The position numbers and the translations under genes were made by a program. 64,000 nt of DNA. Source: Bacteroidales bacterium (GTDB taxonomy: Bacteria; Bacteroidota; Bacteroidia; Bacteroidales; UBA932). Under the pieces are notes generated by a model. It did no database searches, had not been told where the DNA came from, and saw only the letters and a program-made list of their open reading frames with translations. The stretch covers positions 505-64,504 of the forward strand of contig JAFYEZ010000043.1 in NCBI GenBank assembly GCA_017544005.1, read 5' to 3'. Positions 8,457 to 17,892 of this stretch are shown in pieces (the first letter of the stretch is position 1; each line of letters starts with the position of its first letter).

Positions 8457-8636
8457 GAAGGCGTCCGGCCGCTTGTCAAGGGGGTGGGACGAATAGACGT
8501 CACTTTTTGTTGCGGCGGGTCATGCGGGTTGATAAACGTGAAAAAGAGGATCCGTTTCCGGTTTTTTCCGGTCAGAATCGGGGAAATTCGTACCTTTATC
8601 GGTGAAATGGAACGCGCAGAAACCATCGATGCTGAA

Positions 8637-10343
8637 ATGATTCCGACTTCCGCCAAGGAGGTCGAGCGCCTGGGCTGGGATGCCCTCGATATCATCCTCT
8701 TTACGGGCGACGCCTTCGTGGACCATCCGAGCTTTGGAACTGCCTGTATTGCCCGCTGGCTGCAGAAGCACGGCTACCGCGTGGCCGTGGTCCCTCAGCC
8801 CAACTGGCGGGACGATCTGCGCGATTTCCGCAAACTGGGCGCTCCACGGCTCTATTTCGGGGTCAGCGCCGGCGCGATGGATTCCATGGTGAACCACTAC
8901 ACCGCCGCTCGCCGCCTGCGCCACGATGATGCCTATACACCGGAGGGAAAGGCCGGTGCGCGGCCGGACCGGGCGGTGATTACCTACACGAAGATTCTCA
9001 AGCAGTTATGGCCCGATGTGCCGGTGGTGATCGGAGGTGTTGAAGCCTCCCTCCGCCGCCTGACGCATTACGATTACTGGGACGATACGCTGATGCCTTC
9101 CATCCTGGTGGACAGCGGTGCCGACTGGCTCTGCTACGGGATGGGCGAAAAGCCGATGCTGGCCCTCACGCGCGCCTTTGAAAAGGGGTGGAGCCGCCAC
9201 CAGATGGAGTCGTTGCCGCAGATCGCCTTCTACCGCAAAGGGACGCCGCGGCCCGGGGAGGATCGCTTGATTCTCCATGGATTCGAAGCGTGCTGCGCGG
9301 ATCGCAAGGCCTTGGCGGAGAACTTCCACCAGATTGAAACGCACGCCAACCTGCTGCATCCCGCCACGCTGCTCGAGGCGGTCGGGGAGGGGTACGTGCA
9401 GGTCAATCCGCCTTGCGAGCCGGCCACCACGGCGGAGATGGACTCCTACTGGGACCTGCCCTTTACCAAATTGCCCCACCCGCGCTATCGCGGCAAGCGG
9501 ATTCCCGCCTGGGACATGATCAAGGAGAGCATCATCACCCACCGGGGATGCTTCGGCGGCTGCAACTTCTGCACGATTGCCGCCCACCAGGGCAAGTTTA
9601 TCCAGAGCCGCAGCGAGGAGAGCATTCTCCAGGAGGTGAAGCGCCTCGTCGCGATGCCCTTCTTCCGGGGAAATATCTCCGATCTGGGGGCTCCTACGGC
9701 CAATATGTATGGGCTGGGCGGGAAGGATCGCACCCAGTGTGAGCGCTGCCGGCGCAAATCCTGCCTCTATCCCGCGCGCTGCCCGAACCTGCAGGTTTCG
9801 CACGAGCGGTTGCTCGCCTTATATAAAAAGGTGTGCGCTGTCAAGGGGGTGCGCCACGCTTATATCGGCAGCGGCATCCGCTACGATCTTTTCCTGGATG
9901 CGAACGGTTTTCTCGATTCTTCCGGGCGGGAATACCTGCGCGAAGTGATGCTGCACCATACCTCCGGCCGCCTGAAGGTGGCGCCCGAGCATACCGAACC
10001 GCGCGTGCTGGAGATGATGGCCAAGCCACCCTTCGCCCTCTTCGAGCGGCTGCGCCAGGAGTTCGACGCCATCAATGCCGCGGAGGGGAAGCACCTGGAG
10101 CTGGTGCCCTATTTCATCTCCTCCCACCCGGGCTGCACGATGGCGGAAATGCGTGCCCTGCAACGCCATCCCGCTCTCAAGGGGATTTGGATGGAGCAGG
10201 TGCAGGATTTCATGCCCACCCCGATGACCACCTCGTCGGTCATGTTCTATACGGGGCTGGATCCACGTACAATGAAGCCCGTGGCCGTTGAGCGCGACCC
10301 CGGGCGTAAGAAAGCTCAAAAAGAGCTGTTTTTCAGGCGATAA
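8637..10343 (+). CDS. ygiQ: YgiQ-family radical SAM protein (UPF0313)
   Basis: It has GWDALDIILFTGDAFVDHPSFG and the CFGGCNFC cluster. I chose the start at 8637 (MIPTS) because a TACCTTTA box at 8591-8598 leaves no leader for the ATG at 8607; 8607 remains possible. The track start at 8199 is spurious. Confidence 0.85.
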   Translation: MIPTSAKEVERLGWDALDIILFTGDAFVDHPSFGTACIARWLQKHGYRVAVVPQPNWRDDLRDFRKLGAPRLYFGVSAGAMDSMVNHYTAARRLRHDDAYTPEGKAGARPDRAVITYTKILKQLWPDVPVVIGGVEASLRRLTHYDYWDDTLMPSILVDSGADWLCYGMGEKPMLALTRAFEKGWSRHQMESLPQIAFYRKGTPRPGEDRLILHGFEACCADRKALAENFHQIETHANLLHPATLLEAVGEGYVQVNPPCEPATTAEMDSYWDLPFTKLPHPRYRGKRIPAWDMIKESIITHRGCFGGCNFCTIAAHQGKFIQSRSEESILQEVKRLVAMPFFRGNISDLGAPTANMYGLGGKDRTQCERCRRKSCLYPARCPNLQVSHERLLALYKKVCAVKGVRHAYIGSGIRYDLFLDANGFLDSSGREYLREVMLHHTSGRLKVAPEHTEPRVLEMMAKPPFALFERLRQEFDAINAAEGKHLELVPYFISSHPGCTMAEMRALQRHPALKGIWMEQVQDFMPTPMTTSSVMFYTGLDPRTMKPVAVERDPGRKKAQKELFFRR

Positions 10344-10345
10344 CC

Positions 10346-10594
10346 TTATTTCTTCTTGATCAGGTTGATGACCCAGAGGAGGATCACGGCGCCGATCACG
10401 GCGGTGATGATCCGGCCTACCCAGGTCGTACCCCAGGCGATGCCGAGCCAGCCGAGCAGGCTGCCGCCGATGAAACCACCGACGATACCAACCAGCAGGT
10501 TAAGCCAGAAACCGAAACCGGAACCTTTCATGATGCGGCCGGCGATGCATCCAGCCAGCGCGCCGATCAGAATAGAGACAATAATGGACCACAT
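10346..10594 (-). CDS. GlsB/YeaQ/YmgE-family small membrane protein
   Basis: 82 aa, Gly-rich, with TM helices (GALAGCIAGRIM, LVGIVGGFIGG). The -7 box at 10622-10629 lies downstream of the track ATG at 10639, which favours the start at 10594. Confidence 0.8.
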   Translation of the reverse strand: MWSIIVSILIGALAGCIAGRIMKGSGFGFWLNLLVGIVGGFIGGSLLGWLGIAWGTTWVGRIITAVIGAVILLWVINLIKKK

Positions 10595-10621
10595 AGTCGT
10601 AAGTATTATTAATAGGTATAG

Positions 10622-10629
10622 CAAAGATA
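10622..10629 (-). promoter_or_regulatory. -7 box TATCTTTG
   Basis: The reverse complement of caaagata, upstream of the start at 10594. Confidence 0.5.
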
Positions 10630-10674
10630 AGAAATCCATTTGACAAACCCAGCGGGATTGACTAATTTCGCGGC

Positions 10675-12759
10675 ATGAAAAAGACGATTTTGGCAGCCCT
10701 TCTGACGGCTGCGACCCTTACATCCTGTACCATGAACAATCCACTGCTGGTTCCGTCCGAGGCCCCGCACGGCGCGCCCGCGTTTGACAAAATCAAGACG
10801 GAACACTACAAACCCGCTTTCCTTCAGGCTATTAAAGAGGGAAAGGCAGAAATTGCAGCCATTACCGATAACCCCGAGGCTCCGACTTTTGCCAATACCA
10901 TCGAGGCCCTGACCTATGCTGGAGAATCCCTGACCCGCGTCAGCAACATTTTCTTCAACCTGAACGAGGCCTGCACGAATGAAGCGATGCAGAACCTGGC
11001 CGAAGAGATTTCTCCGCTGCTGACCGAGTATTCGATGTCCATCATGCTCAATCCGGAGCTCTTTGCCCGCGTCAAGACGGTGTATGAGGCGCGCGAGACG
11101 CTGAACCTCACCCCCGAGCAGGCCAAACTGCTGGAGGAGACCTACAAGGGTTTCGTCCAGAGCGGCGCCAACCTCTCCGATGCGGACAAGGCAACCTACG
11201 CCAAGTTGCAGGAGGAACTCTCCCTGGCGACGCTGCAGTTTGGCAAGAACGTGCTCTCAGCCACCAACGCCTATACGCTGCATATTACCGATGAAGCCGA
11301 CCTGGCCGGCCTGCCGCAGTATGTGCGTGATATGGGCGCCGCCGAGGCATCCGAGCGTGGTCTGGAGGGTTGGGTCTATACGCTCAACTATCCGAGCTAC
11401 GGCCCCTTCCTCCGCTACAGCGAGAACCGCGAACTGCGCCGGCAGATCTGGACGGCCTACAACACCAAGTGTGTCGGCGGTGAATTCTCCAACCTGGAGA
11501 ATATCAAGAAGATCGTGGACCTGCGTATCAAGACCTCCGGCCTGCTGGGCTATCCGACCTTTGCCGCTTATGCCATCGAAGACCGCATGGCCAAGACGCC
11601 GGAAAACGTGCTCTCCTTCCTGAATGATCTGCGTACAAAGTCCTATCCGTTCGCAAAGCGTGACGTAGCGGATATTCAGAAGTATGCAGCCAAGAACGGC
11701 TTCAAGGGAGAGCTGATGCCCTGGGACTTCTCCTTCTGGAGTGAAAAGTACCGCGACGAGAAATACGCCATCAACGAGGAACTGCTCAAGCCATACTTCG
11801 AACTGAGCAGCGTGCAGGCGGCTATCTTCGACCTGGCCGGCCGTCTCTACGGCCTGCAGTTCACGGAGAATCCGGCCATTCCGGTGTATCATCCGGATGT
11901 GCGCGCCTTTGACGTGACCGATGAAAACGGCCGCTTCATGGCGGTGCTCTACATCGACTACTTCCCGCGTGAGAGCAAGCGGGGCGGCGCCTGGATGACG
12001 GCCTTCCGTGAGCAGGGTATCGTGAACGGCGAGGAGCAGCGCCCCTTCGTCTCCCTGGTCACGAACTTCACCAAACCGACCGCGACCGAACCTTCCCTGC
12101 TGACCTTCGACGAGGTGACCACCATCCTGCACGAGTTCGGCCATGGCCTTCACGGCATGCTGGCCGAGGGCACCTATCCCTCGCTGACCGGCACCAACGT
12201 GGCGCGCGACTTCGTGGAGCTTCCTTCGCAGATTATGGAGAACTGGGCGTATGAACCCGAATACCTCAAGACCTTCGCCAAGCATTACAAGACGGGTGAG
12301 TTGATCCCGCAGGAGCTGATCGACAAGATTGTGGCTTCCAAGAACTACCTCTCCGGTTATGCCTGCATCCGCCAGCTGAACTTTGGCCTGGTGGATATGG
12401 ATTATCACTTGCTGAAGGATGTGGCGGGAATTGACCCGATTGCGTTCGAGCAGGCGGAAGTGAACCGCAATCCGGTCATGCCCAGCGTGAAAGATGTGAT
12501 TTTCAGCCCGGCTTTCACCCATATTTTTGCGGGTGGCTATGCGGCCGGCTACTATTCTTACAAGTGGGCCGAAGTGCTGGAGGCAGACGCCTTCTCCCTC
12601 TTCAAGGAGAAGGGCATCTTCAACCGCGAAGTGGCGACGGCCTTCCGCGAGAAACTGCTCAGCAAGGGCGGTACCGTGGATGCAGATATCCTCTTCCGGG
12701 ACTTCCGGGGCCGCGATCCGCGTCCGGAAGCCCTGCTGGAAAAGATGGGGATGAAATAA
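10675..12759 (+). CDS. dcp: Peptidyl-dipeptidase Dcp (M3 metallopeptidase), lipoprotein
   Basis: It has the lipobox LTSC and the HEFGHGLH zinc site, with M3-type length and architecture. Confidence 0.88.
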   Translation: MKKTILAALLTAATLTSCTMNNPLLVPSEAPHGAPAFDKIKTEHYKPAFLQAIKEGKAEIAAITDNPEAPTFANTIEALTYAGESLTRVSNIFFNLNEACTNEAMQNLAEEISPLLTEYSMSIMLNPELFARVKTVYEARETLNLTPEQAKLLEETYKGFVQSGANLSDADKATYAKLQEELSLATLQFGKNVLSATNAYTLHITDEADLAGLPQYVRDMGAAEASERGLEGWVYTLNYPSYGPFLRYSENRELRRQIWTAYNTKCVGGEFSNLENIKKIVDLRIKTSGLLGYPTFAAYAIEDRMAKTPENVLSFLNDLRTKSYPFAKRDVADIQKYAAKNGFKGELMPWDFSFWSEKYRDEKYAINEELLKPYFELSSVQAAIFDLAGRLYGLQFTENPAIPVYHPDVRAFDVTDENGRFMAVLYIDYFPRESKRGGAWMTAFREQGIVNGEEQRPFVSLVTNFTKPTATEPSLLTFDEVTTILHEFGHGLHGMLAEGTYPSLTGTNVARDFVELPSQIMENWAYEPEYLKTFAKHYKTGELIPQELIDKIVASKNYLSGYACIRQLNFGLVDMDYHLLKDVAGIDPIAFEQAEVNRNPVMPSVKDVIFSPAFTHIFAGGYAAGYYSYKWAEVLEADAFSLFKEKGIFNREVATAFREKLLSKGGTVDADILFRDFRGRDPRPEALLEKMGMK

Positions 12760-12782
12760 GCCGGAAGGGCTTGTACAAAGGG

Positions 12783-12808
12783 GCGGTCGTGGGTTAACCT
12801 ACGACCGC
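12783..12808. terminator. Bidirectional hairpin between dcp and metG (overlaps the last metG codons)
   Basis: GCGGTCGTggg ttaa cctACGACCGC. Confidence 0.6.
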
Positions 12809-14956
12809 TCCGTTTGTTACGGCCTCCTGCGGAGAAACCAGCCGCATCTTGCCGTCGCCCTGCTTGGCCATCAGGATCATGCCACGGCTCTCGATGCCCC
12901 GGATGACGCGCGGTTTGAGGTTGGCCAGGATGCAGATCTGCTTGCCTACCATCTCTTCGGGCGTGTAGTATTCGGCGATGCCCGAAACGATGGTCCGCTT
13001 GTCGATGCCTGTGTCGATGCTGAGTTTCAGGAGTTTGTCTGTCTTGGGAACGCGTTCTGCAGCCAGCACGGTGGCGGTACGGATGTCCATCTTCTCGAAC
13101 TCCTCGAAGGTGCATTCTTCTTTCTGCGGGGCGACCTGCTTAGCCGCTTCTGCCTTGGCTGCGGCCTCCTTCTCGGCGCGGATGGCCTCGAGGCGGTCGA
13201 GCTGCGCCTGGATGGCGTCGTCTTCAATCTTGGCGAAGAGCAGCTGCGCTTCCCCGATCTGGTGGCCTGCAGGCAGGATTTCGGTGGCGCCGAGCTGGTC
13301 CCAGGCGAGGTTCAGCCCTGCCGACGTCGAGCCGGTGTGGATGGCGGCGCCTTCCCCTTCCTTATAGGTGTTGACGGTGGTCTGTTCGCCCTTGCGGTGG
13401 TCCGTTCCGGCCTGGATGCCTACGCCCAGCATGGTCCGCAGCCGCTCGGCGGCAAACGGGGTGAAGGGCTCGAAGGCAATGGCGAGGTCTGCGCAGATCT
13501 GCAGCGAAACATTCAGGATGGTAGCCGTGCGGGCCATATCGGTTTTGGCCACCTTCCAGGGCTCCGTATCGGAGATATACTTGTTGCCCACGCGGGCGAT
13601 GCCCATTGCGTCGCGCAGCGCTTCACGGAAGCGGTAGGCCGACAGGTTCTCCTCCAGCGACTTGCGCAGGGCGGGAATCTCGGCGAGGGCCTCGCGGTCC
13701 ACCTCCTGCAGTTCACCACAGGCGGGAACGACGCCGTCGAAGTATTTGTGCGTCAGCACAACGGCACGGTTGACGAAGTTGCCGAAGATACCCACGAGCT
13801 CACTGTTGTTGCGGGTCTGGAAATCCTTCCAGCTGAAGTCGTTGTCCTTGGTTTCCGGAGCGTTGGCGGTGAGCACGTAGCGGATCACATCCTCCTTGCC
13901 CGGGAAGTCGCGCAGATATTCGTGCGCCCAGACGGCCCAGTTGCGCGAGGTGGAAATCTTGTCCCCCTCGAGGTTGAGGAACTCGTTGGCCGGCACGTTG
14001 TCGGGCAGGATGTAGCCGTCGCCGTAGGCCTTGAGCATCGACGGGAAGACGATGCAGTGGAAGACGATGTTGTCCTTGCCGATAAAGTGAACCAGGCGGG
14101 TTTCATCGGACTTCCACCACTTTTCCCAGCTCTGCGGGAGGAGCTCCTGCGTGTTGGAAATATAGCCGATAGGGGCGTCGAACCAGACGTAGAGCACCTT
14201 GCCCTCGGCGCCCTCTACCGGAACGGGAACGCCCCAGTCGAGGTCGCGGCTCACGGCGCGGGGCTGCAGTCCGCCGTCGATCCAGCTCTTGACCTGGCCG
14301 TACACGTTCGGACGCCACTCCTTGTGCCCCTCGAGAATCCACTCGGTGAGCCATTTCTCGTATTGGTCGAGCGGCAGGTACCAGTGGGTGGTCTTCTTCT
14401 TGACGGGCTCTGCGCCGCTCAGCTTGCTCTTCGGGTTGATCAGTTCTTCCGGGCTGAGGGTGCTGCCGCACTTTTCGCACTGGTCGCCGTAAGCGCCTTC
14501 CGCACCGCACTTGGGACAGGTACCCACGATATAGCGGTCCGCCAGGAACTGCCCAGCCTCCGGATCATAATATTGCTCGGATTCCCGGGTGATGAACTTC
14601 CCCTCGTCGTAGAGCTTGCGGAAAAACGCCGCGGCATTCTTGTGATGGACGGCGCTGCTGGTGCGGGAGTAGATGTCGAAATTGATTCCCAGCCCGCTGA
14701 AGGAGTCCTTGATGATTGTATGATACTTGTCTACGATATCCTGCGGGGTACAGTTGTTCTGGCGGGCCTTGATGGTGATGGGCACGCCGTGCTCGTCGGA
14801 TCCGCAGATGAAGAGGACATCCTCTCCGCGGAGCCGGAGGTAACGTACATAGATGTCGGCCGGAACGTACACGCCGGCCAGGTGGCCGATATGGACCGGT
14901 CCGTTCGCGTAGGGAAGCGCGCAGGTAACGAGGGTTCTTTTGAAGTTCTTTTCCAT
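12794..14956 (-). CDS. metG: Methionine--tRNA ligase
   Basis: It has HIGHLAG (HIGH), KISTSRN (a KMSKS variant), the CPKCG/CEKCG zinc knuckles, and a C-terminal tRNA-binding domain. The ATG (MEKNFKR) is at 14956. Confidence 0.93.
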   Translation of the reverse strand: MEKNFKRTLVTCALPYANGPVHIGHLAGVYVPADIYVRYLRLRGEDVLFICGSDEHGVPITIKARQNNCTPQDIVDKYHTIIKDSFSGLGINFDIYSRTSSAVHHKNAAAFFRKLYDEGKFITRESEQYYDPEAGQFLADRYIVGTCPKCGAEGAYGDQCEKCGSTLSPEELINPKSKLSGAEPVKKKTTHWYLPLDQYEKWLTEWILEGHKEWRPNVYGQVKSWIDGGLQPRAVSRDLDWGVPVPVEGAEGKVLYVWFDAPIGYISNTQELLPQSWEKWWKSDETRLVHFIGKDNIVFHCIVFPSMLKAYGDGYILPDNVPANEFLNLEGDKISTSRNWAVWAHEYLRDFPGKEDVIRYVLTANAPETKDNDFSWKDFQTRNNSELVGIFGNFVNRAVVLTHKYFDGVVPACGELQEVDREALAEIPALRKSLEENLSAYRFREALRDAMGIARVGNKYISDTEPWKVAKTDMARTATILNVSLQICADLAIAFEPFTPFAAERLRTMLGVGIQAGTDHRKGEQTTVNTYKEGEGAAIHTGSTSAGLNLAWDQLGATEILPAGHQIGEAQLLFAKIEDDAIQAQLDRLEAIRAEKEAAAKAEAAKQVAPQKEECTFEEFEKMDIRTATVLAAERVPKTDKLLKLSIDTGIDKRTIVSGIAEYYTPEEMVGKQICILANLKPRVIRGIESRGMILMAKQGDGKMRLVSPQEAVTNGAVVG

Positions 14957-14962
14957 AATTTG

Positions 14963-14970
14963 CAAAAATA
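14963..14970 (-). promoter_or_regulatory. -7 box TATTTTTG for metG
   Basis: The reverse complement of caaaaata, 7 nt upstream of the ATG. Confidence 0.5.
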
Positions 14971-15074
14971 GCAAATATAAACGTAAGTATCCGTAAATAT
15001 CCGTTTAGAGTATGGTTAGGGACGGGCGGAGGGTGTTTCTTTGCGGTCAAGTTCAACTTTAAAACAAATGCTTT

Positions 15075-15416
15075 ATGGAAAACCAAACGCTTAACCGAAT
15101 TGAAGTCCGCGGACGTATCGGACAGGATCCGAAAATTACGCCCGTGGGGGAGAAGGCAGTCGCGCGCTTCTGCGTGGCCACCAGTGAAATCTACAAAGAA
15201 CGCGGAGGAGGCATCAAAGAGGAAACCACCTGGCACAACATTTCCATCTGGAGCGACCGCACGCAGGTGGATCTCAGCCAACTGAAAAAGGGTGACCTGG
15301 TCTCGATTACCGGACGTATCCGCAACAACAAATATACCTCCGAAGAGGGAACGGACCGCTATTATTCTGAGATTGTGGCCAATCGCTTGATGCTGGCCGA
15401 CGTGCCGCAGAGCTAG
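15075..15416 (+). CDS. ssb: Single-stranded DNA-binding protein (OB fold only, no acidic C-terminal tip)
   Basis: It has LNRIEVRGRIGQDP...TTWHNISIW...GDLVSITGRIRNNKY, typical of an SSB OB fold, and ends ...LADVPQS. Confidence 0.8.
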   Translation: MENQTLNRIEVRGRIGQDPKITPVGEKAVARFCVATSEIYKERGGGIKEETTWHNISIWSDRTQVDLSQLKKGDLVSITGRIRNNKYTSEEGTDRYYSEIVANRLMLADVPQS

Positions 15417-16822
15417 ATTTCCTTGCGGAGGCGGGCTACCGGAATGCCGAGCTGTTCGCGGTATTTGGCCACGGTGCGGCGGGCCACGTTGTAGCCCTTT
15501 TCCTTGAGGACCTCCACGAGGTGCTCGTCCGTCAGCGGCTTGCGCTTGTCCTCCTCGCCGACGCTCTGGGTGAGGATGTTCTTGACCTCACGGGTCGAGA
15601 CCTCTTCGCCCTCGGTGTTGGTGAGTCCTTCGGAGAAGAAGTACTTGAGGGAGAAGACGCCGAAGTGGGTCTGGACGTACTTGCTGTTCACGACGCGGGA
15701 GATGGTGGAAATATCGTAGCCGGTCTTCTCGGCAATATTCTTGAGCACCATCGGCTTGAGCTTGGTCTCGTCGCCGTCGATAAAGTAGTCGTGCTGAAAT
15801 TCGATGATGGCGTTCATCGTGTTGCGCAGGGTATTCTGGCGCTGCTTGAGGGCTTCGATGAACCATTTGGCCGAATCGAGTTTCTGCTTGACGAAGGCTT
15901 CCGCCTCCTTTCCCTCGCGGGAAGCGCTCTTGGCGGCGTTCATCAGGGTGTCGGCATAGCGGCGGTTGATGCGAAGTTCGGGTACGCTGTAGCGCGGCAT
16001 CGTCATCTCAATCTGGTCTCCGTCCAGGTCGATGACGAAATCGGGCACCACCTGCTGGGCCTGGTCTGAATAGGAATCGTCAATCTGCCCGCCCGGGCTG
16101 GGGTTGAGGTGGCGGATCTCCGCGATGGCCTCCTTGAGCTGATCCTCCGTGATGTTCAGGCGGGTGACAATCCGGTCGTAGTGCTTCTTGGCGAACGCCT
16201 CGAAATGGTCCTGCAGAATGGTTTCGGCCAGTTGCTGGGCGGGGGTGTGGGCGGAGGCCTGAAGCTGGAGCAACAGGCATTCCCGAAGGTCGCGGGCGCC
16301 GATTCCGGCCGGCTCGAAGGTCTGAATCAACTCGACGATCTCCTCGACCTCCTCCTCGGTGGTCTCGATGCCGGCCTTGACGCTCACGTCATAGGAGAGC
16401 ATGTCGGAACCCCGGCGCAGGTAGCCGTCGTCGTCGATCATGCCGATGACGAAGAGGGCGATCCGGCGGGAACGGTCGTCAAGCCGGCAGAAACCCAGCT
16501 GCCGCTCAAGGCTCTGGCGGAAACCCTCCTTCACCTGGAAGGTGTTGTACTGCGGCTTGAGGTCCTTGCCCTGGTTGTTGACGTAGAGGCGGTAGGAAGG
16601 GGTGTCGTCGTTGTATTCACTGATGGAGACGTTTTTCTGTGCCTCCTCGCCCTCGGCGGACTCGTCCTCCTCCAGGATGGGATTCTCCTCGAGCTCCTTC
16701 TGCACGCGCGGAAGCAGCTCCACCGTAGGCAGCTGGATCAGCTTCACCGTCTGCATCTGGACCGGTGAAAGGCGCTGCGTCTGCAGCAGCTTCTGCTGAA
16801 GTCCCAGACTCTGCTTTACCAT
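15413..16822 (-). CDS. rpoN: RNA polymerase sigma-54 factor RpoN
   Basis: The N-terminus is MVKQSLGLQQKLLQTQRLSP and the C-terminus carries the RpoN box ARRTVAKYREQLGIP. Confidence 0.93.
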   Translation of the reverse strand: MVKQSLGLQQKLLQTQRLSPVQMQTVKLIQLPTVELLPRVQKELEENPILEEDESAEGEEAQKNVSISEYNDDTPSYRLYVNNQGKDLKPQYNTFQVKEGFRQSLERQLGFCRLDDRSRRIALFVIGMIDDDGYLRRGSDMLSYDVSVKAGIETTEEEVEEIVELIQTFEPAGIGARDLRECLLLQLQASAHTPAQQLAETILQDHFEAFAKKHYDRIVTRLNITEDQLKEAIAEIRHLNPSPGGQIDDSYSDQAQQVVPDFVIDLDGDQIEMTMPRYSVPELRINRRYADTLMNAAKSASREGKEAEAFVKQKLDSAKWFIEALKQRQNTLRNTMNAIIEFQHDYFIDGDETKLKPMVLKNIAEKTGYDISTISRVVNSKYVQTHFGVFSLKYFFSEGLTNTEGEEVSTREVKNILTQSVGEEDKRKPLTDEHLVEVLKEKGYNVARRTVAKYREQLGIPVARLRKEI

Positions 16823-17340
16823 AGCGAGGGGTAGTTGATCGGTTCGCGGACCAGGAAGGCGGAAGGATAGCGTCCGGAAATGGATTCAGCGAAGAGAAGC
16901 GCCTCGTCGCGGGTGCGGAAGTCGCCTACGGTCACCTTGAAGAAGGGGTTGGAGTAGCTCTTGTAAACGGGGATGTCCGGATGGCTGGCGGCAAATCCGC
17001 CGGCAATTTCATCGCAGCGGCGGCGGGCATCCTGGCTGTTGCCGGAGTAGATGCGGATACGGTAGCCGTTGATGCGGCGCTTGCCGTTCTTGTAAACCTG
17101 GTTGCGGAAGGCTTCCATCAGTCCCTGCGGCTGCCGGAGGGTTACGCTGCCCTGGCCCCGCTCCCGCTCGTGGAGCAGGACGAAGATGTCCCGCCCGTCA
17201 TAATCGGGGTGGACGTTGGGGCGGAACTCACGCAGCCCGGTGGAGTCGGTTCCCGGTTCGACGACCGGGTCGACGTTCTGGGCCCGGAGGGCCGGGCTGA
17301 GAAGGACCAAGGAGAGAACAAGCAGCAGGCGTTTCATCAT
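16816..17340 (-). CDS. SPOR domain-containing secreted protein
   Basis: It has a signal peptide. The C-terminal GYRIRIYSG...FKVTVGDFRTRDEA is SPOR-like. It overlaps the rpoN start by 7 nt. Confidence 0.7.
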   Translation of the reverse strand: MMKRLLLVLSLVLLSPALRAQNVDPVVEPGTDSTGLREFRPNVHPDYDGRDIFVLLHERERGQGSVTLRQPQGLMEAFRNQVYKNGKRRINGYRIRIYSGNSQDARRRCDEIAGGFAASHPDIPVYKSYSNPFFKVTVGDFRTRDEALLFAESISGRYPSAFLVREPINYPSLW

Positions 17341-17825
17341 AGCTTCTCTTTTGCGGGACCGTTTTCCAATAATTTGGCAATCGGAACCCCGGTTCGGACG
17401 ATATTGCGTTTGATGGAGCCCCAGGCAACCTGGGCGTCGATGTCCGCCTTCATGGTGCGGATATCCATGCCGCCGTCCAGCATTAGGGCCATCGGATTCT
17501 TGAGGAGCACGTCCAGCGCGATGGGAATGGTATCGTTGAAATGCCGGGGCGCGGTAATCTCCTCAAGGGTGGCGAGATCGGCAAACGAGTCGCCGTTCTC
17601 TTTGAAGACGTTTGCCTGCAGGCTCTTGACAGTCAGTTTGTTGCCGGTAGGGTTATTAACACCGACCTTCAGGTGGAGTGTGGTGTGGACGCCGCCCTCC
17701 TCGAACTGGAGTGCGTCAACCTTCACAAGCTCGTAACCGGTGAGGGAGATGTCACGCGGATTGCCGCATCCAGTCAGCAACAGGGTGAAGCAGAGGGAGA
17801 CCAGCAGGAAAAAGCGTCTTTTCAT
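17337..17825 (-). CDS. Hypothetical lipoprotein (possibly LEA_2-like fold)
   Basis: It has the lipobox LLTGC and VGVNNPTGNKLTVKSL, reminiscent of the LEA_2 family. It overlaps the SPOR gene in an ATGA. Confidence 0.55.
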   Translation of the reverse strand: MKRRFFLLVSLCFTLLLTGCGNPRDISLTGYELVKVDALQFEEGGVHTTLHLKVGVNNPTGNKLTVKSLQANVFKENGDSFADLATLEEITAPRHFNDTIPIALDVLLKNPMALMLDGGMDIRTMKADIDAQVAWGSIKRNIVRTGVPIAKLLENGPAKEKL

Positions 17826-17843
17826 CTTGTGTCTTTATGAGTA

Positions 17844-17851
17844 CAAAGATA
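17844..17851 (-). promoter_or_regulatory. -7 box TATCTTTG for the lipoprotein-SPOR-rpoN operon
   Basis: The reverse complement of caaagata, back-to-back with the miaB box. Confidence 0.5.
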
Positions 17852-17860
17852 ATAAAAAGT

Positions 17861-17868
17861 TATCTTTG
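17861..17868 (+). promoter_or_regulatory. -7 box TATCTTTG for miaB
   Basis: A TAnnTTTG match 25 nt upstream of the ATG at 17893. Confidence 0.5.
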
Positions 17869-17892
17869 CAGTCCAATCGAACTGTGACAGAC

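Noticed and set aside
8522-8605. A 27-aa mini-ORF upstream of ygiQ.
   Set aside because: It has no promoter box upstream, ends inside the ygiQ promoter region, and has no recognisable features.
8199-8636. N-terminal extensions in the ORF track. This one is an example; others are at 5658..7328, 17740, 37949..39118, 45377, 48305..49459, 56254, 58256 and 60322.
   Set aside because: The extensions begin at TTG/GTG or distant ATG codons, overlap divergent genes or promoter boxes, and precede obvious signal peptides or conserved N-termini. The shorter starts were adopted.
13300-13430. An apparent ~35-aa extra segment in the MetG linker ([35 protein letters not shown]).
   Set aside because: The judgement rests only on my memory of other MetG sequences and cannot be verified without an alignment.
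13262-14971. A 569-aa plus-strand ORF.
   Set aside because: It is antisense to metG (HIGH/KMSKS present on the minus strand).
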